A stretch of 64,000 nucleotides of DNA from positions 29,293,329 to 29,357,328 of the forward strand of contig NC_068984.1 of the NCBI RefSeq assembly GCF_001194135.2. The letters are read 5' to 3'. Source of the stretch: Octopus bimaculoides (lineage: Eukaryota). The notes below the pieces were generated by a model that was given only the letters and a program-made list of their open reading frames with translations, did not search any database and was not told where the DNA came from. Positions 10,821 through 23,300 of this stretch are shown piece by piece. Position 1 is the stretch's first letter. Each line of letters starts with the position of its first letter. A program made the position numbers and the translations under genes.

Positions 10821-11253
10821 ATATATATGTGTGTGTGTGTGTGCGTGTGTGTGTATGTGTATGTGTGTGTGTGTGTGTGTGTGCGTGTGTGGGTGCGTGT
10901 GTCATAAATGAAAAATGCATTAAATTCTACAAAACGTACATGTATGGCACACAGAAAGACCCTAATTCTTCATCATTTGTTGACCAAAAATACTAATACT
11001 CAGTTTCGTGCCTTCGTATATCGGCTGAACCCGCAAGGGTGGACGTACGAAAGTAAGCAAATGTGATTTGAAACGATAGACGAACATGAGAATGATGGGT
11101 AACGCCTTAAGACAGGAGAAAATGTTGACCGGAAGGCTAAGTGTCCGGTAGCGAAAAAGTAGAGATGGAAGAATTAGTCACGGGTCACGTGTGGGTAGTA
11201 GATAGAAGGGAAGGAGGAGGATGAGAGAGAGAGAGAGAGATAGATAGATAGAT

Positions 11254-11346
<93 letters not shown>

Positions 11347-11661
11347 GAGAGAGAGGCAGATATAAAATGACAAGAGTACGCTCACAATGTGTGTATGTGT
11401 GTAGAAGATTGAGTAGAAGAAAGCTTTTTAATTTCATCTACACATGCATATTTAATTTGTGAAGACGAACAAGTTGTATGTGACAATTTCACTCAGACAG
11501 TGTAAAATGTCTACATTTTCTTTGCATTACTCTATTTTTAGTTCTCTTTAAACTTTAGCTAGTGTTGATGTCTATGTGTAGCCCTAGGCAGGTCAATCTT
11601 GGACGGGCAAAGATTTATGATCAAAAATATCCCGTTTATGAGAATTCCGAATGTTTTAGAG

Positions 11662-13935
11662 CAGGGTTTCATCCGGCACGCGTGATGACTTTGAAAAGTG
11701 TAAAAATTATATTATTTATTTACTTACTTACTGTGATTGTTTGAGTATGACTGATGATAGAGTCAATGATTCAAGTTCTAATAGAAAAACTCCCTTCAAT
11801 TATTTAAAGATTTGTTTATTGTATTGAAATAAATATTTTTTTGAAATTAGTTAAATGACTAACAACGTGTTTAAATTTTTTAGCTCAACATTTCGCTCTG
11901 TTTTACCTTACCCAAAATGTCTTTGTCAAAAAAGAGAAAAGTGAATACAGAGTGTAGATTAGTTCAAGAAAAGTGGTCTTTTACCTATTTATTCGTGGAG
12001 GTGAATGGGAAAGTTGTGTGTCTGGTGTTTTTGCGGCAGGGTTCTGTGCTCAAAGAATATGACGTTCGGCGCCACTATGAGACTCATCATGCCGACAAGT
12101 ACAATAACTTGCAAGGACAAAAGAGAAGAGAGAAGGTAAATATATTGTTAGCGGATCTGAAGAAACAACAGTCTGCTTTAACCCAAAGTCGAGATATCAG
12201 TCAGGCAGCAGTAAAAGCTAGCTACCTTGTTATTAGAGAAACAGCATTAGCATCAAAACCGTACTGTGAGGGATGAGTTCGTGAGAACATGCATACTGAA
12301 GGTTACAGAAATTGTATGCCCTGAGAAGCGACAGACTTTTGTCAACATTAGCCTGACGAGAGACACTGTGGCAGATAGGGTTTCAGATTTTTCTGCAGAT
12401 TTGGACAGGCAACTGAAGCACAAAGTCAAGTCATTTATTGCATTTTCGGTTGCTGTCGTGCAACTGGCCATATTCATTCGTGATGTAGACGAGAGCTTGA
12501 CTGTCACCGAGGAGTTTCTGGAGCTGGTTCCTATGATGGACACCACAACAGCAAATGGCATTTTCATCTCCCTTGTTGGAGCGCTGGACAGGGTCGGAGT
12601 GGACTGGACCCGTGCTGTCAGCATGGTTACAGATCGCCCTACATGAATGATTGGAAAAAAATCAGGTGCTCTGACGTAGTTCAGAGAGAAAGTACAGACT
12701 GCAAATGGAAGACGTAATTTTTGGATATTTCACTGTATTTGGCACCAAGAGGCATTGTGTTGCAAGTCGTTCAAAATGTATTACGTCATGGAAGTGGTTG
12801 TCCAAACTGTTAATTTCATCCGAGCTAGAGGTCTGAATCACCGTCAGTTTGACAATGTTCTCAGCGATATAGGCGTTACCTATGGCTTGCCATATCACAC
12901 TGAGGTAAGGTGGTGAAGCTGAAGTGCCGTATTGAAGCGTTTCTTTAATCTACGAGAAGAAATTGAACAGTTCATGGAGAAAAAGGGCTGCAAGATTTAG
13001 CATTTATCGTGGATATTACAGAGTACTTGAATAATTTGAACAAAATGCTGCAAGGCCATAAAAAAGCTGTCACACAATATTTTGAAAGCACACGCGCGTT
13101 CAAATTCAAGCTAGGTTTGTGGGAAACACAACTGTCTGGTGGTGACCCTGCTCATTTTCGTTGTGTAAAAGATGTGGTTGCGACCGCAGATAAATTTGAC
13201 ATGAATCGGTACAAGACAATATCACGGGATTGCTGCGAGAGTTTCAGCAACGGTTTCAGATTTTTGATGAACTTGAGACAGATTTCACAGCTTTTTGCTC
13301 ACCATTAACAGTCAACGCTTCTGATCTGCCCATCAACATCGAAATTGAAATAATTGACTTGCAGTGTGATTCAGATTTGAAGAACTAATTTACCTCGGTA
13401 GGCTTGGACACATTTTATCGGTATTTCTTTCCAAAGCGCCCCAAAATGACAGCCCTTGCTGTGAACGTTTAGTTAATGTTCGGGACTTCCTACCTTTGTG
13501 AACAAGTTTTCTCTGTAATGAGCATCAATAAAACAATGCTACATTCAAGACCCACACATAAGCACCTAAATGACATCCTGAAATTGGCAGCTACTCATAT
13601 TTTGGCACCTAGTGTTGATACGCTTGTGAAGGAGGAAAGATGCCAAGTTTAAGGAAGATATTGAAAATAAATGATAAAAAATGAAAGTGTTTTTTAAATG
13701 TTTTTCAAAATGTTTTTTTTTGTTTTAGTTTATGAATTGTATTCAATTACAAGGCAGTGTGATAGCTCGGTCTTCTTTAGCAGTTCATAGTTTCACTTGT
13801 TCAATGTTTTGCAAAAATAAAAATTTGAAGTTGCTATTTATAGGTTCTTATGCCATGATTTTACTAGTCTGGCTCGCTTGAGATCAAATTGGGTTGATAT
13901 GTGGCCCATAAACTAAAATGAGTTCGAAACCCCTG
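11662..13935 (+). mobile_element. hAT DNA transposon (SPIN/Charlie-type), 2274 bp, non-autonomous by decay
   Basis: Exact 8-bp TSD TTTTAGAG at 11654-11661 and 13936-13943; termini CAGGGTTTC.. and ..GAAACCCCTG; internal transposase relic. Confidence 0.92.
11917..13652 (+). pseudogene. hAT transposase pseudogene (GTF2IRD2/SPIN-like)
   Basis: MSLSKKRKV.., BED-finger remnant (VCLVF..RRHYETHH), CILKVTEIVCPEK, HCIWHQEALCCK, LPYHTEVRW, C-terminal YLCEQVFS dimerisation motif. Split by frameshifts and stops. Confidence 0.9.
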
Positions 13936-14388
13936 TTTTAGAGTATCGGGAATAGATAATGTAATGCGTCCTTCGTTTACTTTAGGCGAGTAGAGTGGAC
14001 CTTGAGGGAGATTTAGTTGCTATATTTTGCAGGTCGAACACCTACGCTGATTTTCCTGTGTAGTTACTATTGTTGCTGAAACTCAGGAAATATATGAACA
14101 AAGGTTATTTTAGCAATGACCAGCCCTTCTTTTGCATATCAAGGACTATTTTTTACCTCTTGCTTGTTTCAGTCCTTGAACTGCGGCCATGCTGTGGTAC
14201 AGCCTTGAAGAATATTAGTCGAACAAATTTACTCCAGTTCTTCTGTTGTTTTTTTTAAAGTCTAATTCTCATTTACTACCATACCGCTAAGTTAGGGATG
14301 GGGTGAAAACAAACTAGCACCTGTTGTCAATCGGTATGAGGACACACAAAACACAAAGAAGGTACACACACACACTCTCTCTCTCTTT

Positions 14389-14473
<85 letters not shown>

Positions 14474-15163
14474 ACACACATATTTTCCGCCTGCCAGATC
14501 CACTGACAAGGCTCCGGTCGGTTCAAAGATACAGTTGAAGAAGCTTGCCCAAGGTATCACGCAGTGGGACTGAACCAGAAACCATGTAGTTGGGAAGCAA
14601 ATTTCTTACCACACACCTATCCCTACGCCTACATTGAACTTATATTTAAGATCTTTAGGGTGTACTTCGAGAGTGTTTGCCTGCTATTTCTTGTACTTCA
14701 AGCACAGCGTTTGAAGCTTCCTCGTTACGGCTTGCAGTATACATGTCTTTGTTATTGATATCATTTGTGTTCTTAATCTTATCTTCAAGTCTCCTCACGC
14801 TATTTTGCCCATTTACAATAAACGAGCCATGCATTTATTTCGAATGCATTCATATACACAATCTATTTATGCCTAGTTTTTCATGTGTATTCACAAAGCA
14901 TGAAATGTGCAGCTAATTTCTATTGCATTGTGTACACACACATATATATACATACATTTGACACGTTCGCTGCGCACATCCCGAACATGTATTTGCCTAT
15001 TTTGCTTTGGTTTTAGTTTTGTACATGGTTTTTTTTTTCGTACAAACTTATTAATGCACATGCAGGAATATATATATCAAAAGGGATGGGAGAAGTCAGA
15101 TAAAGATAAGGATAGCTAAAGAGTGATATAGACACAGAAATCGATAGATAGATAGCTAGATAA

Positions 15164-15210
<47 letters not shown>

Positions 15211-15575
15211 TGCTAATTTGCATTTTACACATGCATATGTAGCTAGCCCAGTTCAAAACCTAATGTAACAGGTCGATGTGCAAAGGCTTCCCGTTTACAC
15301 ACACACATCGGGGATGCGTTGTTCAATGTATACTCACCGATTTTCCAGCTATGACCACCCCACCTTTTTGTCATGTAAATATATTTGAAACTATATCATT
15401 GTCCATTGTTATCTTTGATTAAGACGGTCAGGTGCAATGTGAAATAGTTATGGTTTCAATTACTGAAAGCCCCGTTATATATTATATTATATTTTATGTA
15501 TATATATATATACAAATAGAAAATTGATATTTGTAAATTTCTCAACGAGAGACATTCAGTAACAGTACTCAAAAA

Positions 15576-15848
15576 TAAAGATTGTTTGCCAACATAACCT
15601 GGCAGTCCTGGTTTAGGACGAATCTTACCGTTATTTAGCCCCAGGAAACATCGTCTCCAGCTGGCTATACGACGCACTGTTTGTGTGCTTATATTTTCGA
15701 ACAAGGGATGTTAAACTCCTTTGTTCGAAAATATAAGGACACAGATAGTGTGTCGTGTAGCCTGCTGGAGACGATGTTTCCTGGGCTAAATAACGGTAAC
15801 ATTCGTCCTAAACTAGGACTGCCACGTTATGTTGGCAAGTAATCTTTA
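15576..15848. repeat. 273-bp foldback element (132/133-nt arms, 8-nt loop)
   Basis: Arms 15576-15708 and 15717-15848 differ by 12 substitutions and 1 indel. Confidence 0.92.
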
Positions 15849-16414
15849 CTATACGTATACAGCCTTGGCCAAAAGTATTAGGCCACCCCAATGTTTTGGG
15901 TTTCTGCTATCTCAGTGTTAATGAAACTCGTGTACATGGTAGATTTTGGTATATTTCACACACACACACACGCACACACACAACAGTATATACACACAAC
16001 GGGCTTCTTTCAGTTTCCGTCTACCGAATCCACTCACAAGGCTTTGGTCGGCCCTGGGTTTATGGTAGAAGACACTTGTTCAATATATCAGCAGTGTGGA
16101 AATACATATACAATACTTATGTACATAGGGTTAATATCCAAATTGCATCCACTTGAAGCGCGTCTGCTTATTTCAGTATTCCGAATCCGTAATTTAGATG
16201 TTACGTTTGTTTGAGGTATGCATAAGAGTTGAAAATACTGGGAAGAGTTACTGCAGAGTAATAATATCAAAGCCGGTGATTGGAAATTCTTTTTGGTTAT
16301 AATTTATTCACCATTACATGTTTTCCATTTGCTAATAGGATCTTAAAAAATTGTACTTGAAATAGAAAACATATATATCTCCTATTAGAAATTCTTCAGA
16401 GAATCAGACAATAC

Positions 16415-16580
16415 AATAAATAATGATCTCAAATTTTGGCACAAGGCCAGCATTTTCGGGAGTGTGGGTAAGTCGATGACATCGACCCGTGCTCAACTGG
16501 TATTTATTTTATCGACTACGACTGGATGGAAGGCAAAGTCGACTCGGTGTGCTAAAGATTATGTCAGCTCGTCGCTTTGC
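16415..16580 (-). mobile_element. SINE family C, diverged
   Basis: TTTTGGCACAAGGCCAGCATTTTCGGG...TTTTATCGACTACGACTGGATGGAAGGCAAAGTCGACTCGG. Confidence 0.7.
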
Positions 16581-17620
16581 AATATATAAATAACACAATA
16601 TAATATTTATATGTACGTGTTCTATACCCTCACTTAGTAATATATACAGAATGCTTGCATGCGTAAATGTATCAATAAGTAGTTATGTACAGTTATCCCT
16701 CGCTACGTCGCGGTTCACCTATCGCCCACTCAGTACATCGCGGATTTTTCTAGCTCAATCAGGGCCAACATCGGGTTAAACATCAACAGCGGCGGCGGTG
16801 GCAGCAGCAGCAGCAACAACAACAACAACAATAGTAGCAACAACAAAGCATCTAATCCTAGTGGCAGGGCTTGTTAAAAATAACAGTCGCAATCCCTTGT
16901 GTCGTATCTCCTTTTATTTTCTTTTAAGAAAATATTCCGGATGTAATGACAATGATATAGTTGAAATTTATAGAAGGCAGGTGTATAGAAGACAGGTGTA
17001 TGAACAACAAGCAAGACAATAGGGGAGTATTTAAAGGAAATTTGGCATCACAGTATTTCCAACGGGTCAAGCATAGAAGTTCATATACATTTGGTATATC
17101 CAGTTTGAGATTACATGACAATACAAGGCCCAGAACATCACGGATGAGTGTAAGCGGACACATTATGTATGTATGTATGTATGTATGTATGTATGTATGT
17201 ATGTATGTATGTATGTATGCATGTATGTATGCATGTATGTTTGTATGTATGCACGTATGATTCTATGTTTTATATATGTGTGTGTGTATATATATGTAAT
17301 GTTACATAAATGTAATGTTACATAGCAGTGTTAGTACTTGTAATAGATGTAGTAGCAGTGATAGTTGTACAAGTAGTAGTAGCTCGATTTGTATACAATT
17401 CTTCCAAAATTTTCCTCGTCTGCCTGTCTGTCTGTCTGTCTGTCTTTCCCCCTCTCTCTCTTAAAGTTATGTCTATTTTTAGGTGTGATGTGTGTTCATC
17501 TGTTTAGTTTTGGTTTAATCCCCTTTTCTTTATTGTTATTATGATGTGGCTGATGTGTCTGTCGTAAATGTGAAATGTTTCCATGGACAGAAGAGGTTGA
17601 GTAAAATATTATGCTTGTAT

Positions 17621-17781
17621 AGGCGCAGTGGCTCTGTGGTAAGTAGCTTGCTTACCAACCACATGGGTCTGGGTTCAGTCTCACTGCGTGGCACCTTGGG
17701 CAAGTGTCTTCTACTATAGCTGACCAAGCCTTGTGAGTAGATTTGGTTGACGGAAACTGAAAGAAGCCAGTCGTATATATG

Positions 17782-17821
<40 letters not shown>

Positions 17822-18022
17822 CTTGTGTTTGTCCCCCCGACATCGCTTGACAACGGATGCTGGTGTGTTTACGTCCCCGTAAATTAGCGGTTCGGCAAAA
17901 GAGACCGATAGAATAAGTACTAGACTTACAAAGAATAAGTCCTGGGGTCGATTTGCTCGACTAAAGGCAGTGCTCCAGCATAGCCGCAGTCAAATGACTG
18001 AAACAAGTAAAAGATTAAAGAG
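17621..18022 (+). mobile_element. tRNA-derived SINE family B with internal (TA)n(TG)n
   Basis: AGGCGCAG(GAG)TGGCTCTGTGGTAAG..GGTTCAGTCTCACTGCGTGGCACCTTGGGCAAGTGTCTT..GACTGAAACAAGTAAAAG; near-identical to 24736-25214. Confidence 0.88.
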
Positions 18023-19281
18023 TATGTATGTATGTATGTATGTACACAGTTATCCATGTATGTATACACGTATGTACGCATGTATGTATACGTCTGTGCA
18101 TGTTTGCTTCCACAAAGTTATTAAAAACAATTTAACATTAAAATAAAGTACTTTCTTATAGTGAGGTATATAATTTTTCAAGGAAAAAGTTGACAGTGAC
18201 TTTGAAAGTTATATATGTAGAAAAAAAGAAAAGTATCAGAGCCAATTTATTTGGCTAAACATTATCGAAGCTAGTGCTCCAGCATGGCCGCAGTTTAATG
18301 ACTGAAACAAGTAAGCGATAAACGATTATATATATATATATATNNNNNNNNNNNNNNNNNNNNNNNNNNNNNNNNNNNNNNNNNNNNNNNNNNNNNNNNN
18401 NNNNNNNNNNNNNNNNNNNNNNNNNNNNNNNNNNNNNNNNNNNNNNNNNNNNNNNNNNNNNNNNNNNNNNNNNNNNNNNNNNNNNNNNNNNNNNNNNNNN
18501 NNNNNNNNNNNNNNNNNNNNNNNNNNNNNNNNNNNNNNNNNNNNNNNNNNNNNNNNNNNNNNNNNNNNNNNNNNNNNNNNNNNNNNNNNNNNNNNNNNNN
18601 NNNNNNNNNNNNNNNNNNNNNNNNNNNNNNNNNNNNNNNNNNNNNNNNNNNNNNNNNNNNNNNNNNNNNNNNNNNNNNNNNNNNNNNNNNNNNNNNNNNN
18701 NNNNNNNNNNNNNNNNNNNNNNNNNNNNNNNNNNNNNNNNNNNNNNNNNNNNNNNNNNNNNNNNNNNNNNNNNNNNNNNNNNNNNNNNNNNNNNNNNNNN
18801 NNNNNNNNNNNNNNNNNNNNNNNNNNNNNNNNNNNNNNNNNNNNNNNNNNNNNNNNNNNNNNNNNNNNNNNNNNNNNNNNNNNNNNNNNNNNNNNNNNNN
18901 NNNNNNNNNNNNNNNNNNNNNNNNNNNNNNNNNNNNNNNNNNNNNNNNNNNNNNNNNNNNNNNNNNNNNNNNNNNNNNNNNNNNNNNNNNNNNNNNNNNN
19001 NNNNNNNNNNNNNNNNNNNNNNNNNNNNNNNNNNNNNNNNNNNNNNNNNNNNNNNNNNNNNNNNNNNNNNNNNNNNNNNNNNNNNNNNNNNNNNNNNNNN
19101 NNNNNNNNNNNNNNNNNNNNNNNNNNNNNNNNNNNNNNNNNNNNNNNNNNNNNNNNNNNNNNNNNNNNNNNNNNNNNNNNNNNNNNNNNNNNNNNNNNNN
19201 NNNNNNNNNNNNNNNNNNNNNNNNNNNNNNNNNNNNNNNNNNNNNNNNNNNNNNNNNNNNNNNNNNNNNNNNNNNNNNNNN

Positions 19282-19334
<53 letters not shown>

Positions 19335-19466
19335 GTAGCGGCCGATTACAATTGGAAGGATATGAGGAAATAGTGATGCTTCTACAGCGAAACTTGTTGT
19401 TCCCTCACTTTCATATCCACCATCATCACCACTACCACCACAACCTCCCCCTCCTTCTGATACTAG

Positions 19467-19526
<60 letters not shown>

Positions 19527-19828
19527 AATGCAGCTGGATGTCGTTTCTACTGTTATTATTTATCATTGCAATGACTGGTCTGCGCTTGCATATTCACCGC
19601 TGTAGTTATTAGAAGTCGGCTGCTTTTTCTTTCCCTTTTCTCGGTCCGGATTTTGTTACCCTTCTGAGGTTAAATGTGACAGTCATAAGAATAGTATTAG
19701 TATTGCCGAAATAATGTTATGGAAATGTTTCTGATATAATATTTCTGGTTTAACGACTGGAACGTGTTGTACCAGTAAACGTAATCTTACGATGAAGGAA
19801 CCAATAATCCTGCAACCAGTAAGCTATT

Positions 19829-20215
19829 GTTGTTGTTGGCCCTCTGTCGCTTACGACGTCGAGGGTTCCAGTTGATCCGATCAACGGAACAGCCTGCTCG
19901 TGAAATTAACGTGCAAGTGGCTGAGCACTCCACAGACACGTGTACCCTTAACGTAGTTCTCGGGGATATTCAGCGTGACACAGTGTGAAAAGGCTGACCC
20001 TTTGAATTACGGGCACAACAGAAACAGGAAGAAAGAGTGAGAGAAAGTTGTGGTGAAAGAGTACAACAGGGTTCGCCACCATACCCTACTAGAGCCTCGT
20101 GGAGCTTTAGGTGTTTTCGCTCAATAAACACTCACAACGCCGGGTCTGATAATCGAAACCGCGATCCTACGACCGCGAGTCCGCTGCCTTAACCACTGGG
20201 CCATTGCGCTTCCAC
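19829..20215 (-). mobile_element. Full-length SINE family A with 11-bp TSD
   Basis: TSD AGTAAGCTATT at 19818-19828 and 20216-20226; head GTGGAAGCGCAATGGCCCAGTGGTTAAGG with B box GGTTTCGATT; (CAA)n tail. Confidence 0.92.
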
Positions 20216-20974
20216 AGTAAGCTATTAAGACGTACAAAAGCTGCCCCCCCCCACAAAAAGCAAAAAACAAACAAACAAAAGAACAAAAACAAAGCAAAAC
20301 AAACAATCATATCTCTTCAGATAGATTGTCCAGCGAATATGCAGCGGGTCCCTTCGCCACTTGCTTTTGTCGCAAACTACAACGATACGTTAGTGCAAGG
20401 GCCCCACCTTCGGGCCACAAACTTTTATTTCTATTTTATTGACTATCGTAGTCTGCAGGGTGTATTGGCATTATATAAGTAATGTATATGAAATATATAT
20501 GTAATGTTTATCTAAAAATTAAACTATATATACTATGCACTTTGTCGTGTTTTATCATGCACGTTATATCCCGGCCCGTAGTATAATTTTCTTGCGTGGA
20601 AAAGGTATATGGTGCCAAAAATGTTTGGGAACCGCTACCCTCGGGCGCTAAAATCTGTGGGCATCGCACAAATTCTGAAAAACAGAATCCAATTAAGAAC
20701 ACAAGTATCAGAAATAACGAGAACTGGAGAAATCAGCCCCAGAATAGAGAAGGATGGAAGACAGGACAAGAGTGGGGGCAAAAAAGACGAAAGGGTCGTG
20801 TAGTTAAATATTTAACAGTTTTTCTAGATAAAAGGTATATGCATAAGTGATACGCATTATAATAATGCTATAAATAAATTTCCTGCGCGCAAATTAATTA
20901 TAATTTTTCAACAATAATTTTTAGCTTGGGTAATAAAGGCGAGAGCCGGAAGAATTTATAGAAATAATTGTTAA

Positions 20975-21340
20975 AGGGGGTGCACATAGTAGGAATGAAA
21001 GAACGAAGGCGTACATTGTAATGCTGGGAGGAAAGATGCACATTGTACGAGGGCTGCGAGAAGGATTTACACGTAGTTGGACTGGGAGAAGAAGGTTAGT
21101 GTCATAGAGCTGGGAGAAGGGAGGCACATTGAGGGCTTGGAGAACGGGGAAACGTAGTGTAGCCTGGGATATAAAGGGCGCATCTTGAAGAGCTACGAGA
21201 ACGGGTGCACACATTATGGAGAAGGAAGCACGTAAAGTAAAACTGAGAGAAAGGGGCACGCGTTCTGAGCTAGGAGAAGACACGTATTGTAAAGCTGGGA
21301 GAAGTGTGGAACACATAGTAAGACTTGTAGAATATCCTGG
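20975..21340 (+). repeat. Degenerate purine-rich minisatellite, about 13 units of 25-32 nt
   Basis: Recurring GCAC(A/G)TATTGTAGAGCTGGGAGAAGGG-like units (e.g. GCACATTGAGGGCTTGGAGAACGGG, ACACGTATTGTAAAGCTGGGAGAAG). Confidence 0.6.
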
Positions 21341-22071
21341 GATATATAGTTTCGCTCGAAATAAAATATCCTTTAGTCAAATATGCAGACATATATATAT
21401 ATATACATACTTACACAAACACACACGAATATATNNNNNNNNNNNNNNNNNNNNNNNNNNNNNNNNNNNNNNNNNNNNNNNNNNNNNNNNNNNNNNNNNN
21501 NNNNNNNNNNNNNNNNNNNNNNNNNNNNNNNNNNNNNNNNNNNNNNNNNNNNNNNNNNNNNNNNNNNNNNNNNNNNNNNNNNNNNNNNNNNNNNNNNNNN
21601 NNNNNNNNNNNNNNNNNNNNNNNNNNNNNNNNNNNNNNNNNNNNNNNNNNNNNNNNNNNNNNNNNNNNNNNNNNNNNNNNNNNNNNNNNNNNNNNNNNNN
21701 NNNNNNNNNNNNNTATACATATATACATATATATTTAAACATATATCCATATTTTTCATACATATGTATATGTATGTAAGTATGTGTGTGTATGGGTGGG
21801 TGGAGTGTTGATGCGACGCTGATCAAAAGATGGTTTTTACATCATAAAATATCAAATATAGTGCAGCTCAAAAGGGTGGATCTATAGGAAAATAAATTGC
21901 TTGTTATACTTTCTTCTGGACCAAGAATTGTGATCTGAGCAACGATATTTGGTAGAAGATTAATATGTCCGTGTTTTTTATAGTCACAATGATGTAACAA
22001 CAAGCCATCCGTACGGTACTATCCTTTCTTTCCCTAAATTAGAAAACATTCCTTTGATGGAACGACGTAAA

Positions 22072-22248
22072 ATGCGATTTTAACAAGAAGGTGCTTTATC
22101 ACATTATAGCAATAGAGCGAGGTATTTAGATGAAGTCTTTCCAGGGATATAGATTACGAAACTCAATCCAGCTGAATGGTCATCGAGGTCTCCAGACGCG
22201 ACGCATCTAATATTTTGTTTCTTTTGGGGCCATCTGAAGCCAAGGGTC
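22072..22248 (+). pseudogene. Tc1/mariner transposase catalytic-domain relic
   Basis: Translates MRF*QEGALSHY..YLDEVFPGI*I..PAEWSSRSPDATHLIFCFFWGHLKPRV, matching the FQQDGAP.H / WPPRSPDL.PLDF.LWG.LK motifs. Confidence 0.8.
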
Positions 22249-23224
22249 TGCATCAATTGTAGTAGTGTACATCAATTGAAATCGAGGTATTCATGAACTA
22301 AAGAAGGAATCGTAGATACTTGTGATAACATCAATAGCGATACACCCTACGAAGGTCCAAAGTTCATACATCCACTGGAATCAAAAATGTTTAGATGTCG
22401 AAAGTGACCTTTAGACCATTCTGTAATATATATTTGTTTCATACACAAATACATACATCGGTGTGTGCGCGTGCGTGTGTGCTTAAATGCACACATACAT
22501 ACGTACATACATACAGACAGACAGGCAGACAGACAGACACGTATATATGCATTTATGTAAGCATGTATGTATGTAAATATATCATTTTATGTTTTATGTG
22601 TGTAACTCTATGAGTATATTTGCATGTATGCATGTATGCATGTGTAAATATATATATATATGTGTGTGTGTGTATGTGTGTATTCACACACATACACACG
22701 CACATATATATGTGTATATACACTCCACACATACAGCTATGCGTGCACAGACAAGTGTGTATGTGTGTGCATGCGTTTGTACATTTCTGTAACCATATTC
22801 ATTTCAGAATAATAGAAATACAAAGGAAAAAGGAAATTAAAAGAAAATAAAAGAAATGAAAAAGAAAAAAAATGGCGAGAGGAAATATTGGCAAGTCATT
22901 CTTCGATCTTTATCGCACCATAGGAATTGCTTTTGAATTTTAATTTCTTTTTAAACAATATAAGATTTAAAAAAGAAAAATGTTTTCCTTAACATAAAAA
23001 TATGTCAATTAATTTTTAATTTAATTTGTAAATGCTTACAGCTATATTCTCATTTATCAGCATGGGATATCGAGATAGGGAAGATATTGTGAGATTAGCA
23101 GTCAATTCGCTGGAACTAAGAAGCTGTGTATATTTTAATTAAATCATGAAATATTTCCGCATACCCAGAGAGCAGATTGATATTTGTTTGTTTGTTTATT
23201 GAATTTATTTATTGTATTTTGCAG

Positions 23225-23300
23225 TTCGTTAACAATGGCGTTCTTGGTTACTGGTTACCAACGGATCAATCACTGGTTCATTGCGTTTATGATGGCAAGA
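23225..23300 (+). CDS. Weak candidate exon, gene unknown
   Basis: Pyrimidine-rich acceptor TTGTATTTTGCAG|, possible donor AGA|GTGAAA at 23301, two open frames, locally higher GC and non-repetitive. Confidence 0.2.

Noticed and set aside
11029-11055. Two adjacent GNRA tetraloop hairpins (ACCC-GCAA-GGGT, TAC-GAAA-GTA)
   Set aside because: Stems of only 4 and 3 bp are expected by chance, and no larger fold was found.
16961-17160. LHDNTRPRTSRM resembling the mariner HDNARPH motif
   Set aside because: A single short motif with unconvincing flanks; it may be a very old relic but is not supportable.
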